A stretch of 64,000 nucleotides of DNA from a virus (IMGVR_UViG_3300032030_000030:32001-96000); one strand, 5' to 3'. Shown: positions 19,163 to 27,161, counted from the first letter of the stretch. Notes: generated by a model not told the origin, from the sequence alone. A program made the numbers and translations.

Positions 19163-19290
19163 ATTTTAACAAAACATCTCATAGATATACAGGGACACCG
19201 AGTTCATCCATTAGTCAGCCTTGACTCGGCTGCCACGACAGGCATTTAATATATATATCTATGAGATGTCAGAGGCACGTTTTCTGCGCA

Positions 19291-19899
19291 TTAGAAGATT
19301 TCGTCATTGTCTTTGGCATCGCCTGCTTTGTCATCCTTGGTGGATGGCTTAGGCTGCTCTACCTTCGGAGACGATTTAACCTTGCTCATCTTCGCATCGA
19401 GCGCAGCAGCGGCTTCGTCAGACATAATGTCGAACTTGCCGACAAACGCGAGGACTGCGTTGAGCAAAATCGGCTTGCCGTTCTTGTCGGCGACGGAGAA
19501 GTTGCCGTCCTTGTCTTCCGCCGAGAAGAAATAGAGTGCAATCTTCTTTTCTGCGGCAATCTCCTCGAAAGCGGGCAGAAGCTGCTGGTTGCCTTTCGGC
19601 GCAGCATCGTTGCCGCCTTCGACATATTCCATGCAGTTGCCACGAAGACGTTCTTCGGCAACGGCATAAAGCTCGCTGTTAATTGCTGCGGAGAATGAGC
19701 GCGGTTTGCCATTCGCATCCTTGTCGGTTGTCGTCAACGACAACGAGACGGGTGCGCCGTTCGGGTCGTGGTCTGCGGCTTTGTCGTAAGCAACGATGCT
19801 ACGGAAATGGTTAAGGCCGAGTGCGAAAAACGCCTCACGGATGTCAGTTGGCTTGCCAGCATTGGACATCACACTTGCAAATCTTTGTGCTTGATTCAT
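19291..19899 (-). CDS. 202-aa protein, putative ssDNA-binding protein; only credible minus-strand gene
   Basis: A-rich leader, own terminator, tail ending DNDEIF, similarity to 13414 ORF, visibly GC-richer than flanks. Confidence 0.55.
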   Translation of the reverse strand: MNQAQRFASVMSNAGKPTDIREAFFALGLNHFRSIVAYDKAADHDPNGAPVSLSLTTTDKDANGKPRSFSAAINSELYAVAEERLRGNCMEYVEGGNDAAPKGNQQLLPAFEEIAAEKKIALYFFSAEDKDGNFSVADKNGKPILLNAVLAFVGKFDIMSDEAAAALDAKMSKVKSSPKVEQPKPSTKDDKAGDAKDNDEIF

Positions 19900-20238
19900 T
19901 TTGTATATGTTTTTTGTCCACGTAACCCAACGTGGCTTGGGACACAGAATTTATTTCTGTATCAATGGAACGTTCCTGAAACTTAGAATTGGCGTGTTCT
20001 GTAGGATTGTTACGCAGATAATCTCGTGAACTGCGGATGCAAAGTATCTTCGAGAAACAGATTGGCGTGAATGCGAACAAGGTACTACTTCTACATCCTG
20101 ACACACAGACCACACAGACAACGACGGGGGTATGAACCCAATTCTGAGCGGCGAGGGTGGGTCATGCTATAATATCCCTCGTTCATAGCCATATCAGAAA
20201 AAAAATAGTAGAATAAAAAAAAAAAAAAATGAAAAAAA

Positions 20239-20270
20239 TTTGGTGGATTAAAATATGTATTATATCTTTG
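20239..20270 (+). promoter_or_regulatory. Bacteroidota primary-sigma promoter driving tRNA/late region
   Basis: TTTG (20239-42), 20-nt spacer, TATCTTTG (20263-70). Confidence 0.7.
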
Positions 20271-20366
20271 TGGCGTGATAATTCTATGGCATTTTGTTAA
20301 TGATTTTGGGGTTAATATTTATTAGTATTTTTTTTATTTATGGATTAGTACATTTTGTTGTTTTTC

Positions 20367-20395
20367 CCTCTCCGTTGTGAAACGGGGAGGTTTTT
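20367..20395 (+). terminator. Terminator-like hairpin just before the first tRNA
   Basis: CCTCTCCGTT-gtga-AACGGGGAGG-TTTTT. Confidence 0.55.
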
Positions 20396-20399
20396 AAAT

Positions 20400-20470
20400 G
20401 GAGATGTAGCTCAATGGCAGAGCGGTTGGCTGTTAACCAGTTAATCGAGGTTCGATTCCTTGCTTCTCCG
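20400..20470 (+). tRNA. tRNA-Asn(GTT)
   Basis: Cloverleaf; anticodon loop CTGTTAA; T-loop TTCGATT. Confidence 0.9.
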
Positions 20471-20522
20471 CAAGTGACCTGTTAAGCCTCTCTACGATGC
20501 TCAAATTTACGGGTCGATATAT

Positions 20523-20593
20523 TGCGAGTTAGAGTAATGGTAACTTGTTTGGTTCATGCCCAAAAGATACAGGTTCGATTCCTGTACTCGCTA
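20523..20593 (+). tRNA. tRNA-Met(CAT), 1:72 mismatch (initiator-like)
   Basis: TTTGG-TTCATGC-CCAAA anticodon arm; acceptor (T)GCGAGT/ACTCGC(T). Confidence 0.8.
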
Positions 20594-20598
20594 CTATT

Positions 20599-20703
20599 AT
20601 GAAAGAGAAAGTTTTGAACAAGCTGGTAATTGGATTTTTGATAATAGCGATAATAGTTGTTATCTATGCGATTTATTCATTGGTGAAGACTTCGGACCTA
20701 TAA
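20599..20703 (+). CDS. 34-aa single-TM peptide
   Basis: MKEKVLNKLVIGFLIIAIIVVIYAIYSLVKTSDL, translated by hand. Confidence 0.45.
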   Translation: MKEKVLNKLVIGFLIIAIIVVIYAIYSLVKTSDL

Positions 20704-20767
20704 CTCAGTTGGTCAGAGTAGCAGACTCATAATCTGAAGGTCGCAGGTTCAAACCCTGCTGGGTCCA
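20694..20767 (+). tRNA. tRNA with CAT anticodon (Ile2-like or elongator Met)
   Basis: GGACCTA/TGGGTCC acceptor; loop CTCATAA. Confidence 0.88.
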
Positions 20768-20781
20768 CTAAAAAAACAATT

Positions 20782-21021
20782 ATGTCAACAAAGAGATTAC
20801 CTCTTACAGGCGACCTTACTTGTGATGTATGGGCTGAAGCTGTAAACGGTTTGATAAATATTGCACGCTATCAAATCGAACTTGGGAATATAGAAAAAGC
20901 AAAAAGAATAGCCTCTGATGTAGGGGAGATATTTGATAAGGCATACAAAGACTGGAAAAGACATTGGGAGATATGTAGCAGCATAGCACCGACATTCATA
21001 CTATTTGCCTGGTGCAAATAG
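20782..21021 (+). CDS. Hypothetical protein
   Basis: ORF with A-rich leader between tRNAs. Confidence 0.55.
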   Translation: MSTKRLPLTGDLTCDVWAEAVNGLINIARYQIELGNIEKAKRIASDVGEIFDKAYKDWKRHWEICSSIAPTFILFAWCK

Positions 21022-21244
21022 AACGGGCTGGCGATTACGAAACGACGGTTTGGTACTTCGCTAAAGCCCAAAAAAGATTACTTGCGCAAGATGCCACTGT
21101 TTCGCGCCTGGAGTACGAAGGCTCTTCAAGAGGACGGCAATGCCGATAACTAAGGTTGGTTGAAGATGCAAGGCATAATGAGAGGACTTCGCTAAGCAAC
21201 AATTCATATGTCCCTCCAACCTAAAAACGGTACAGTGGCTATAA

Positions 21245-21316
21245 GGCTCGTTAGTTCAACGGATAGAACAGGAGTTTTCTAAACTCTCAATGTGGGTTCG
21301 ATTCCCTCACGGGCTA
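21245..21316 (+). tRNA. tRNA-Arg(TCT)
   Basis: GGAGT-TTTCTAA-ACTCT anticodon arm. Confidence 0.88.
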
Positions 21317-21336
21317 CGAATAAAATTGAAAAGAAA

Positions 21337-21492
21337 ATGGAAGAAAACAAGACGATTGAATTGGAAGACATCGACTTGGAAGACTTTGATATAAAACAAT
21401 TGTTTGTATCGGAGATGATGAGTCAGGAAGAGTTGGATGCAATGTTTAGCGCATTAGACGACATTGATGAGAACGGGATTGCGTCGGAGTGA
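21337..21492 (+). CDS. Small acidic protein (51 aa)
   Basis: MEENKTIELEDIDLEDFD...; 3' end overlaps tRNA-Tyr. Confidence 0.55.
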   Translation: MEENKTIELEDIDLEDFDIKQLFVSEMMSQEELDAMFSALDDIDENGIASE

Positions 21493-21557
21493 GAGAGCCG
21501 AGGCGGACTGTAAATCCGTTGCTTAATGCTGAGTAGGTGCGAATCCTTCCAGTCCCA
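21475..21557 (+). tRNA. tRNA-Tyr(GTA)
   Basis: GCGGA-CTGTAAA-TCCGT arm, long variable arm, GGGATTG/CAGTCCC acceptor. Confidence 0.82.
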
Positions 21558-21601
21558 CTTTTTAGTTCACGTTATTAAATTTTAATATTAATATTGTGGT
21601 T

Positions 21602-21668
21602 GCCTTTATCGTATAGCGGTTATTACGGTTGGAAATAACAGACAGCGGTTCGACTCCACTTAAAGGCT
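21602..21668 (+). tRNA. tRNA-like RNA with truncated anticodon arm (pseudo-tRNA)
   Basis: Perfect acceptor GCCTTTA/TAAAGGC, D and T arms present, anticodon arm reduced to GTT-GGAAAT-AAC. Confidence 0.65.
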
Positions 21669-21689
21669 CAAATAAAGGAGAAGAAGAAA

Positions 21690-22118
21690 ATGATGACATT
21701 GGAAGAAGCGATACAACACGCAGAGGAGAAAGGTGCTTCAATGCTTATGAATCCAAGGACTGTTGATTGTAACTGTGGATTAGAGCATCTTCAACTTGCG
21801 GATTGGCTCAGACAGTTGAAAACATACTATGAAGATGGAAAGGTTGAAAATGACGGCTATCTTGTAGAGAAGACTGGCTTTGACGGAGAGGAGGTTGAAA
21901 CGAGGCTTTCTTCAAGCAGCAATGTTTTAAGGGTGCGTTTGAAGCAAACTGAGCCGCCATCTATAAATACAATCAGAAGTCTTGTCAGAAGCTATAATTC
22001 GGCAGCAATAGACTCTAATGGCAGGATGCCAAGGGTTATATTCGATTGCAATGAAGAGGATGGAGCATATACGTATGATTTATATGCAACGGCAATTGAC
22101 CCGTTTGCATTGAATTAA
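21690..22118 (+). CDS. Hypothetical phage protein
   Basis: MTLEEAIQHAEE..EH.QLADWL.QLK N-terminus recalled from gut phage ORFs. Confidence 0.7.
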   Translation: MMTLEEAIQHAEEKGASMLMNPRTVDCNCGLEHLQLADWLRQLKTYYEDGKVENDGYLVEKTGFDGEEVETRLSSSSNVLRVRLKQTEPPSINTIRSLVRSYNSAAIDSNGRMPRVIFDCNEEDGAYTYDLYATAIDPFALN

Positions 22119-22206
22119 GGTAGGTTGGCAGAGTGGTCGATTGCAGCTGTTTGCTAAACAGCCGACTGCGAAGAGTGGTCCATAGGTTCAAATCCTGTAC
22201 CTACCG
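22119..22206 (+). tRNA. tRNA-Ser(GCT)
   Basis: GCTGT-TTGCTAA-ACAGC arm, long variable arm. Confidence 0.92.
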
Positions 22207-22233
22207 CTTGTCGAACTAATAAAATGAAACGAT

Positions 22234-22428
22234 ATGACATTAGGAATCTCTACGATAATATGTTTACTGGTACTAATATTATTCGCTGTCTGCGAAGTAT
22301 GGTGCAAGGTAAAAGACGTTCAAGCAACATTATCTTGGTTGATAGAAAAGATAGGCTATATGCAAGGAATAATTGATATGTATGCAGACGACGAAGACGA
22401 AGATGAAGATGAAAGTCAAAATAATTAA
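22234..22428 (+). CDS. Small membrane protein with acidic tail
   Basis: N-terminal hydrophobic helix. Confidence 0.6.
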   Translation: MTLGISTIICLLVLILFAVCEVWCKVKDVQATLSWLIEKIGYMQGIIDMYADDEDEDEDESQNN

Positions 22429-22429
22429 T

Positions 22430-22502
22430 CTGGGTGTAGTACAGTAGGTAGTATGCTTGCTTTGGGAGCAAGAGGTCGCAAGTTCGAGCCTTGCCACCCA
22501 GA
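22430..22502 (+). tRNA. tRNA-Pro(TGG)
   Basis: CTTGC-TTTGGGA-GCAAG arm; CTGGGTG/CACCCAG acceptor. Confidence 0.92.
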
Positions 22503-22517
22503 CTAAAAGGAAGAGAA

Positions 22518-22688
22518 ATGGACAAGGAAATGAAATTTATGAACGCCCAGAACATCTGGGAGCTTACTGAGTTCTGCAACAAGTACACTATCACAAAAGA
22601 TGATATAGTTGTAGTTTTTGAAAAGCACAGTAAGGAAGGCAATGTAATAGGATATACACTTGTTTACTATGGAGCCAAACGAGTTTGA
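22518..22688 (+). CDS. Hypothetical protein
   Basis: Start MDKEMKF after tRNA-Pro. Confidence 0.55.
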   Translation: MDKEMKFMNAQNIWELTEFCNKYTITKDDIVVVFEKHSKEGNVIGYTLVYYGAKRV

Positions 22689-22950
22689 CAAAGAGAATGT
22701 ACTGTATTGTAGGGATTGTCTTTCGCTATCCATAAAGGGAGGTCGAGGCATTCCAGATTATTGCACAGAATGTGCATCGACAAACATAGGAGACGCCCCG
22801 ATAAAATCGTGGGTCAAGATGTTTGAAAACACATACGGTTACAACTACTTGCAGGGTAAACCGAAAGTAGAAGACGCATTAGAAGAATATTCAATAAGGA
22901 AAAGAAATGGAATCTACACAAGGCAAAACGGTCAAGATGACCACTCCTAA
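22660..22950 (+). CDS. Zn-ribbon protein
   Basis: YCRDC..YCTEC pairs; start may be 22669. Confidence 0.65.
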   Translation: MFTMEPNEFDKENVLYCRDCLSLSIKGGRGIPDYCTECASTNIGDAPIKSWVKMFENTYGYNYLQGKPKVEDALEEYSIRKRNGIYTRQNGQDDHS

Positions 22951-23290
22951 TCAGGAGACTCCTAAGCAGGAGAAAGGCAAGATTTCTTATGAAGACTTGG
23001 AGAGACTTGCATATCAACTTTCAGAGCAGGCTAAGCAGATGAAGGTTGCGATTGAAGAACGCGATAAGGTCATTGACCAGCTGAAACATCAACTTGGTGC
23101 AACCAACAATGTATTCGCAAGGCTTGAGTTTTTGTTTGATGTAATCAAAAACTCGAATGTAAGGTTCGGTGAGACATTTGCACAGCAGTGCGTTGAAGAG
23201 GTTGAGAAGTTGATGGAAATTCCTGAGAATCCTCCAACAGAAAACACAGAAGAGAATGAAGGCAAAGAAGATGCAGTACAAGCCGACTAA
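22907..23290 (+). CDS. Coiled-coil hypothetical protein
   Basis: Heptad-like central helix. Confidence 0.65.
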   Translation: MESTQGKTVKMTTPNQETPKQEKGKISYEDLERLAYQLSEQAKQMKVAIEERDKVIDQLKHQLGATNNVFARLEFLFDVIKNSNVRFGETFAQQCVEEVEKLMEIPENPPTENTEENEGKEDAVQAD

Positions 23291-23657
23291 CTGTGTGGTA
23301 ATCAATGTCGGTGAGGGCTTTTTTAAAGCATGGCTTGAATTTCTCGCACCTCTGCATGGACTCACAAACAAAGAAATTGAGATTGCTGCTGAGTTTCTTG
23401 CAAAGAGGTTTGAGATAGCGAAGTCGTGCAATGACAATGCCCTCATCGACAAATTACTTTTTTCGGCAGAAAAGAAAGAGGAAATACGTCAGAAGTTCGA
23501 CATGACAAAGACTTATTTCTATACCGTGATAACGAAGTTCAAACAAAGGGGCTTTATTGTCAACGGCAGATTGAATCCTAAATTTCTTCCGAAAGCAGGA
23601 GTTGACAAGAACATCTATCAATTGCTTGTGGTATTCAATACTAAGGAAGATGACTAA
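23271..23657 (+). CDS. Hypothetical protein, possible winged HTH
   Basis: LTNKEIEIAAEF..IRQKFDMTKTYFYTVITKFKQRGFI pattern. Confidence 0.55.
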   Translation: MQYKPTNCVVINVGEGFFKAWLEFLAPLHGLTNKEIEIAAEFLAKRFEIAKSCNDNALIDKLLFSAEKKEEIRQKFDMTKTYFYTVITKFKQRGFIVNGRLNPKFLPKAGVDKNIYQLLVVFNTKEDD

Positions 23658-23943
23658 TGAAGCTATATATAGGGAAGTGGCAAAAAACACTGGATTAGAC
23701 CTTAAAATTGTCAAGGGGGTATATTTGTCTTACTGGGCGTTTATAAGGGACAGAATCCAAGATTTACCGCTAAAAACAATGAATGAGGAAGATTTTGATT
23801 CATATAGAGTAAACTTCTCCATCCCCTATTTTGGCAAGATGTATTTGACAAAGCAACGGTTTAAAAACATAAGAGCAAAATTTGAATATGATACACTTAA
23901 AAAAGATAAGCCCGACATTCACAACAGTGATAACGACGGCTGA
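23650..23943 (+). CDS. HU/IHF-like DNA-binding protein
   Basis: IYREVAKNTGLDLKIVKGV...FSIPYFGKMY. Confidence 0.6.
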   Translation: MTNEAIYREVAKNTGLDLKIVKGVYLSYWAFIRDRIQDLPLKTMNEEDFDSYRVNFSIPYFGKMYLTKQRFKNIRAKFEYDTLKKDKPDIHNSDNDG

Positions 23944-24295
23944 TGTTTATGACAAAGACCAGTATGAGAATGGTCTTATTGTTGCAAAGAGAGGCACTGT
24001 AATGGAGTTTCAGAAGGTTCTTTACGTCGGTGATACTGTAAAGAACATCAAGGAAGGTGATTTGGTTCACATTGACCCTATCAGGTACGCAGTGTTCTAT
24101 CAAGACCCGAACTCAGTAAAGGCAAACGGTGCTGTAAAATCCTATAATATTCCTCAGTTGGTAATCAATGGTGAAAGGTGTTTTAAAATTACACAGGCTG
24201 ACATTGATTTCATTGTGGACGAATGGGATGAGGCTGACGAGCCAGAGCCAGCATCTATAATCTCTTTGAAGGATGATTTGATTTTGAAAGCGTAA
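23882..24295 (+). CDS. GroES-like co-chaperonin
   Basis: ISPTFTTVI..NGLIV..KVLYVGDTVKNIKEGDLV..INGERCFKITQADI follows the Cpn10 pattern. Confidence 0.65.
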   Translation: MNMIHLKKISPTFTTVITTADVYDKDQYENGLIVAKRGTVMEFQKVLYVGDTVKNIKEGDLVHIDPIRYAVFYQDPNSVKANGAVKSYNIPQLVINGERCFKITQADIDFIVDEWDEADEPEPASIISLKDDLILKA

Positions 24296-24317
24296 TAATC
24301 AACAAAACCTAACTATG

Positions 24318-24342
24318 AGCCGTGTAAACCACGGCTTTTTTT
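24318..24342 (+). terminator. Rho-independent terminator
   Basis: AGCCGTG-taaac-CACGGCT plus T-run. Confidence 0.75.
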
Positions 24343-24345
24343 GAT

Positions 24346-24885
24346 ATGATGAAATTGTTTCGTTTGGTAAATTACGAAGTTACCATTTCTGAAGAAGCAC
24401 TTACACTTGCTAAATTCAGAAAAATCTGGGATAGGGATAGGACGCAAGGAAAGTTGAAAGCGCAGCAAGAGTTGGCGTTCATATACTTTTATGCTGACCC
24501 TCGAAGCGATTATGCTGCAATCATAGACGACGAGGACAGGGAGAAGGAAATAAAGAAAGGATTGGGTCTTAAAGACGATTGGGTTATTGACAGGGACTTG
24601 TCTGCGGCTATTGACTTCTATAAATCTTTCAAGCCTACAATCTGTCTTGCTCTCGATGATGCAAGATTGCAGCTTGAAAAGGTAAGGACAAAACTAAGGA
24701 ACATCAGTCTTGAAGATGTGAAGATTAAGGACATTTCTGATTTTATAAAGGCGAATAGTGATGTTAGCAAGGCTATCGACCTTTTCTGCGAAATTGAAAA
24801 GAAAGTGAACAGGGAAATTCAGGAATCGACCAAGATGAGAGGTGTTGCAGAAAAGAAATTGTTTGACGAAGGAATTGATTTGTAA
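24346..24885 (+). CDS. Protein upstream of TerL (terminase small subunit candidate)
   Basis: Coupled to TerL by TAATG overlap; synteny only. Confidence 0.5.
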   Translation: MMKLFRLVNYEVTISEEALTLAKFRKIWDRDRTQGKLKAQQELAFIYFYADPRSDYAAIIDDEDREKEIKKGLGLKDDWVIDRDLSAAIDFYKSFKPTICLALDDARLQLEKVRTKLRNISLEDVKIKDISDFIKANSDVSKAIDLFCEIEKKVNREIQESTKMRGVAEKKLFDEGIDL

Positions 24886-27161
24886 TGCAAAAGTTTAATC
24901 AGTATCAGACTCAACTGTCTGACGAGGACTTCGAGAAACTTCCACAAGAAGTCAGAGAGCAGTTCATCGAATATATAACGAGTGTTCCTTTAATTAAAAG
25001 CTACATAAGCCTTGAAAGGAAAAGGGCGTGTGATATAGAAAAAGACGAGAAGGGAAGGATAAAGGTCGATATAACACAGCCTCACATTTTAGAGGATATG
25101 GATTATTTCAGACCTGCCGCTTTGTACTATAAGGAACACGGATGTTATACGAATCTTACTCCGAACTCTAATAAGAACTCAGACTATGGTAAATGGATTC
25201 GTGAAGAAATACGCCGTTGCTATTATGGATATGTAAGGCCATCTGACGGCGAATGGATAACAGGAGATTACTATTTCTTTCTTAATTATTGCCCTATCCT
25301 TATTTCGGACGTTGACGATTCTGACGATAAGAAAGGCAAGAAGAAAAGGGCTAAACGTGTGATTGATTTTCCATATGTTTGGGAAGGTCACTATTATCTG
25401 TCTCATTATCTTGAACAGGCAAGAAATAATGGACATCACGCTTGTATGCTCGCAAGACGTGGTGCTGGCAAATCATTCTTTGGTGCTGCAAGATTGGCAA
25501 AGCGATTCATCCTTGGCGAAGATGAAGAGGTGAAGAAAAAGGTACAATGTGTCGTAACTGCAAGCGAAAGGAAATATATCATAGGTGCAAACCAAGTGCT
25601 TGATATGTTTCAGTATTACATCGACTTCTGCGCCAACAATACGCAGTTCCCTGCTGCAAGATTGGAGAACACCGCTCAGAATATGAAATGGACGATGGGA
25701 TTCATCGACCAGACTAATGGCACGAAGAAGGGAACTCTTAATTCTGTAATGGGTATTACCTCGAAAGATGATGAATCAAAACTTATCGGTTCTCGTGGTC
25801 AATTGTATCTGATTGAGGAAATGGGTTCATTCCCAAGGTTGCTTGGTATGTATGCTCGTTTGCGACCGTCAGTAGAGGACGGTGAAAATGTGTTCGGGCA
25901 GATTTATATGTATGGAACAGCAGGTGACGATGAAAGCAACTTTTCATCAGCGCAAGAAATTATGTATAACCCTGTCGGCTACAATATGCAAGCCGTTAAG
26001 AATGTATATGACAAGGAAGGTCAAGGAAGACAATATTTTACTTATTTCTTTCCATCGTATATCAATCGGGCAAACTGTTACGATAAGAATGGTAATTCGG
26101 ACGTAATTAAGGCTTTGATAGAAGTATTGCAAGATAGGTATATCACAAAATACAATACAACCGACATTAACTCTATCGTAAAACGTATATCCGAATATCC
26201 TATCACACCTGCCGAGGCTATACTTAGGGCTAATAAAAACCTATTCCCAGTAGTAGAGTTGAACGAAAGGATAAGTCAAATTGACAATGACCCAGGATTT
26301 TACAATGATACATATGTAGGACATTTCGTACAAGTCAAAGACCATATCGAGTTCAGACCATCGACGGACATTCCAATCAGACAATACCCATTGAACGACA
26401 ACAAAGCGGAAGGTGCGGTTGAAATTTACACTATGCCTCAAAAAAACTCTGATGGCGAAGTTCCTGGAGAACGTTACATTATCGGCTATGACCCTGTTGA
26501 TGATGATGAATCTCAAACAATGTCCTTGACGTCTATGTTTGTTCTTGATTTATGGACAGACAAAATTGTTTGTGAATACACTGGACGTAAAAGACTTGCA
26601 GATGATAACTATGAAATAGTAAGACAGGCTTGTATGTTCTTCAATGCAAAATGTTTGTATGAAAATAACAAGAAGGGCATATACTCTTATTTTGCGCAAA
26701 GGAATTGTCTGTACTTGCTTGCAGAAACACCTGAATATTTAAGAGACAAAGACTTGATAAAAGTCATCGGAATAGGTAATAAGGGCAGGGGTGTTAATGC
26801 TACGCTTGGCATAAACAACTATGCGAACTTGTTGATTCAACAGTGGTTGATAAAGCCTGTGACAAATATTGTCGAAGAAGACGGAGAACAAAAGGAAATA
26901 ACAATATCAAACTTATATAATCTCAAAGGACGCGCTCTGATACTTGAACTCATCAAATTTAACCCAGATGGCAACTTTGACCGAGTAAGAGCATTGGGTA
27001 TGGCTATGTTGTACAGAGAAGAGAAGATGATTTTGTATCAGGGAGATATGAGGAACGCTAATAAAAAAGATACTAAGTATCTTGGGAATGACGAGTTCTT
27101 TGTAAAAAACTATACTAAGCATAAACCAAAACGTAATATGTACTTCAATAATATAGTATAG
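24885..27161 (+). CDS. terL: Terminase large subunit
   Basis: Walker A ARRGAGKS, Walker B LYLIEEMG, GTAG, nuclease IIGYDPVD..YENN..NFDRV. Confidence 0.93.
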   Translation: MQKFNQYQTQLSDEDFEKLPQEVREQFIEYITSVPLIKSYISLERKRACDIEKDEKGRIKVDITQPHILEDMDYFRPAALYYKEHGCYTNLTPNSNKNSDYGKWIREEIRRCYYGYVRPSDGEWITGDYYFFLNYCPILISDVDDSDDKKGKKKRAKRVIDFPYVWEGHYYLSHYLEQARNNGHHACMLARRGAGKSFFGAARLAKRFILGEDEEVKKKVQCVVTASERKYIIGANQVLDMFQYYIDFCANNTQFPAARLENTAQNMKWTMGFIDQTNGTKKGTLNSVMGITSKDDESKLIGSRGQLYLIEEMGSFPRLLGMYARLRPSVEDGENVFGQIYMYGTAGDDESNFSSAQEIMYNPVGYNMQAVKNVYDKEGQGRQYFTYFFPSYINRANCYDKNGNSDVIKALIEVLQDRYITKYNTTDINSIVKRISEYPITPAEAILRANKNLFPVVELNERISQIDNDPGFYNDTYVGHFVQVKDHIEFRPSTDIPIRQYPLNDNKAEGAVEIYTMPQKNSDGEVPGERYIIGYDPVDDDESQTMSLTSMFVLDLWTDKIVCEYTGRKRLADDNYEIVRQACMFFNAKCLYENNKKGIYSYFAQRNCLYLLAETPEYLRDKDLIKVIGIGNKGRGVNATLGINNYANLLIQQWLIKPVTNIVEEDGEQKEITISNLYNLKGRALILELIKFNPDGNFDRVRALGMAMLYREEKMILYQGDMRNANKKDTKYLGNDEFFVKNYTKHKPKRNMYFNNIV

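Noticed and set aside
20476-20515. Theta/HDV-like ribozyme after tRNA-Asn
   Set aside because: Only one stem (GACCTGT/ACGGGTC) is visible; the nested double pseudoknot could not be built by eye.
21245-21316. tRNA at 21245 as amber (CTA) suppressor
   Set aside because: The 5-bp stem GGAGT/ACTCT centres the loop TTTCTAA on TCT (Arg).
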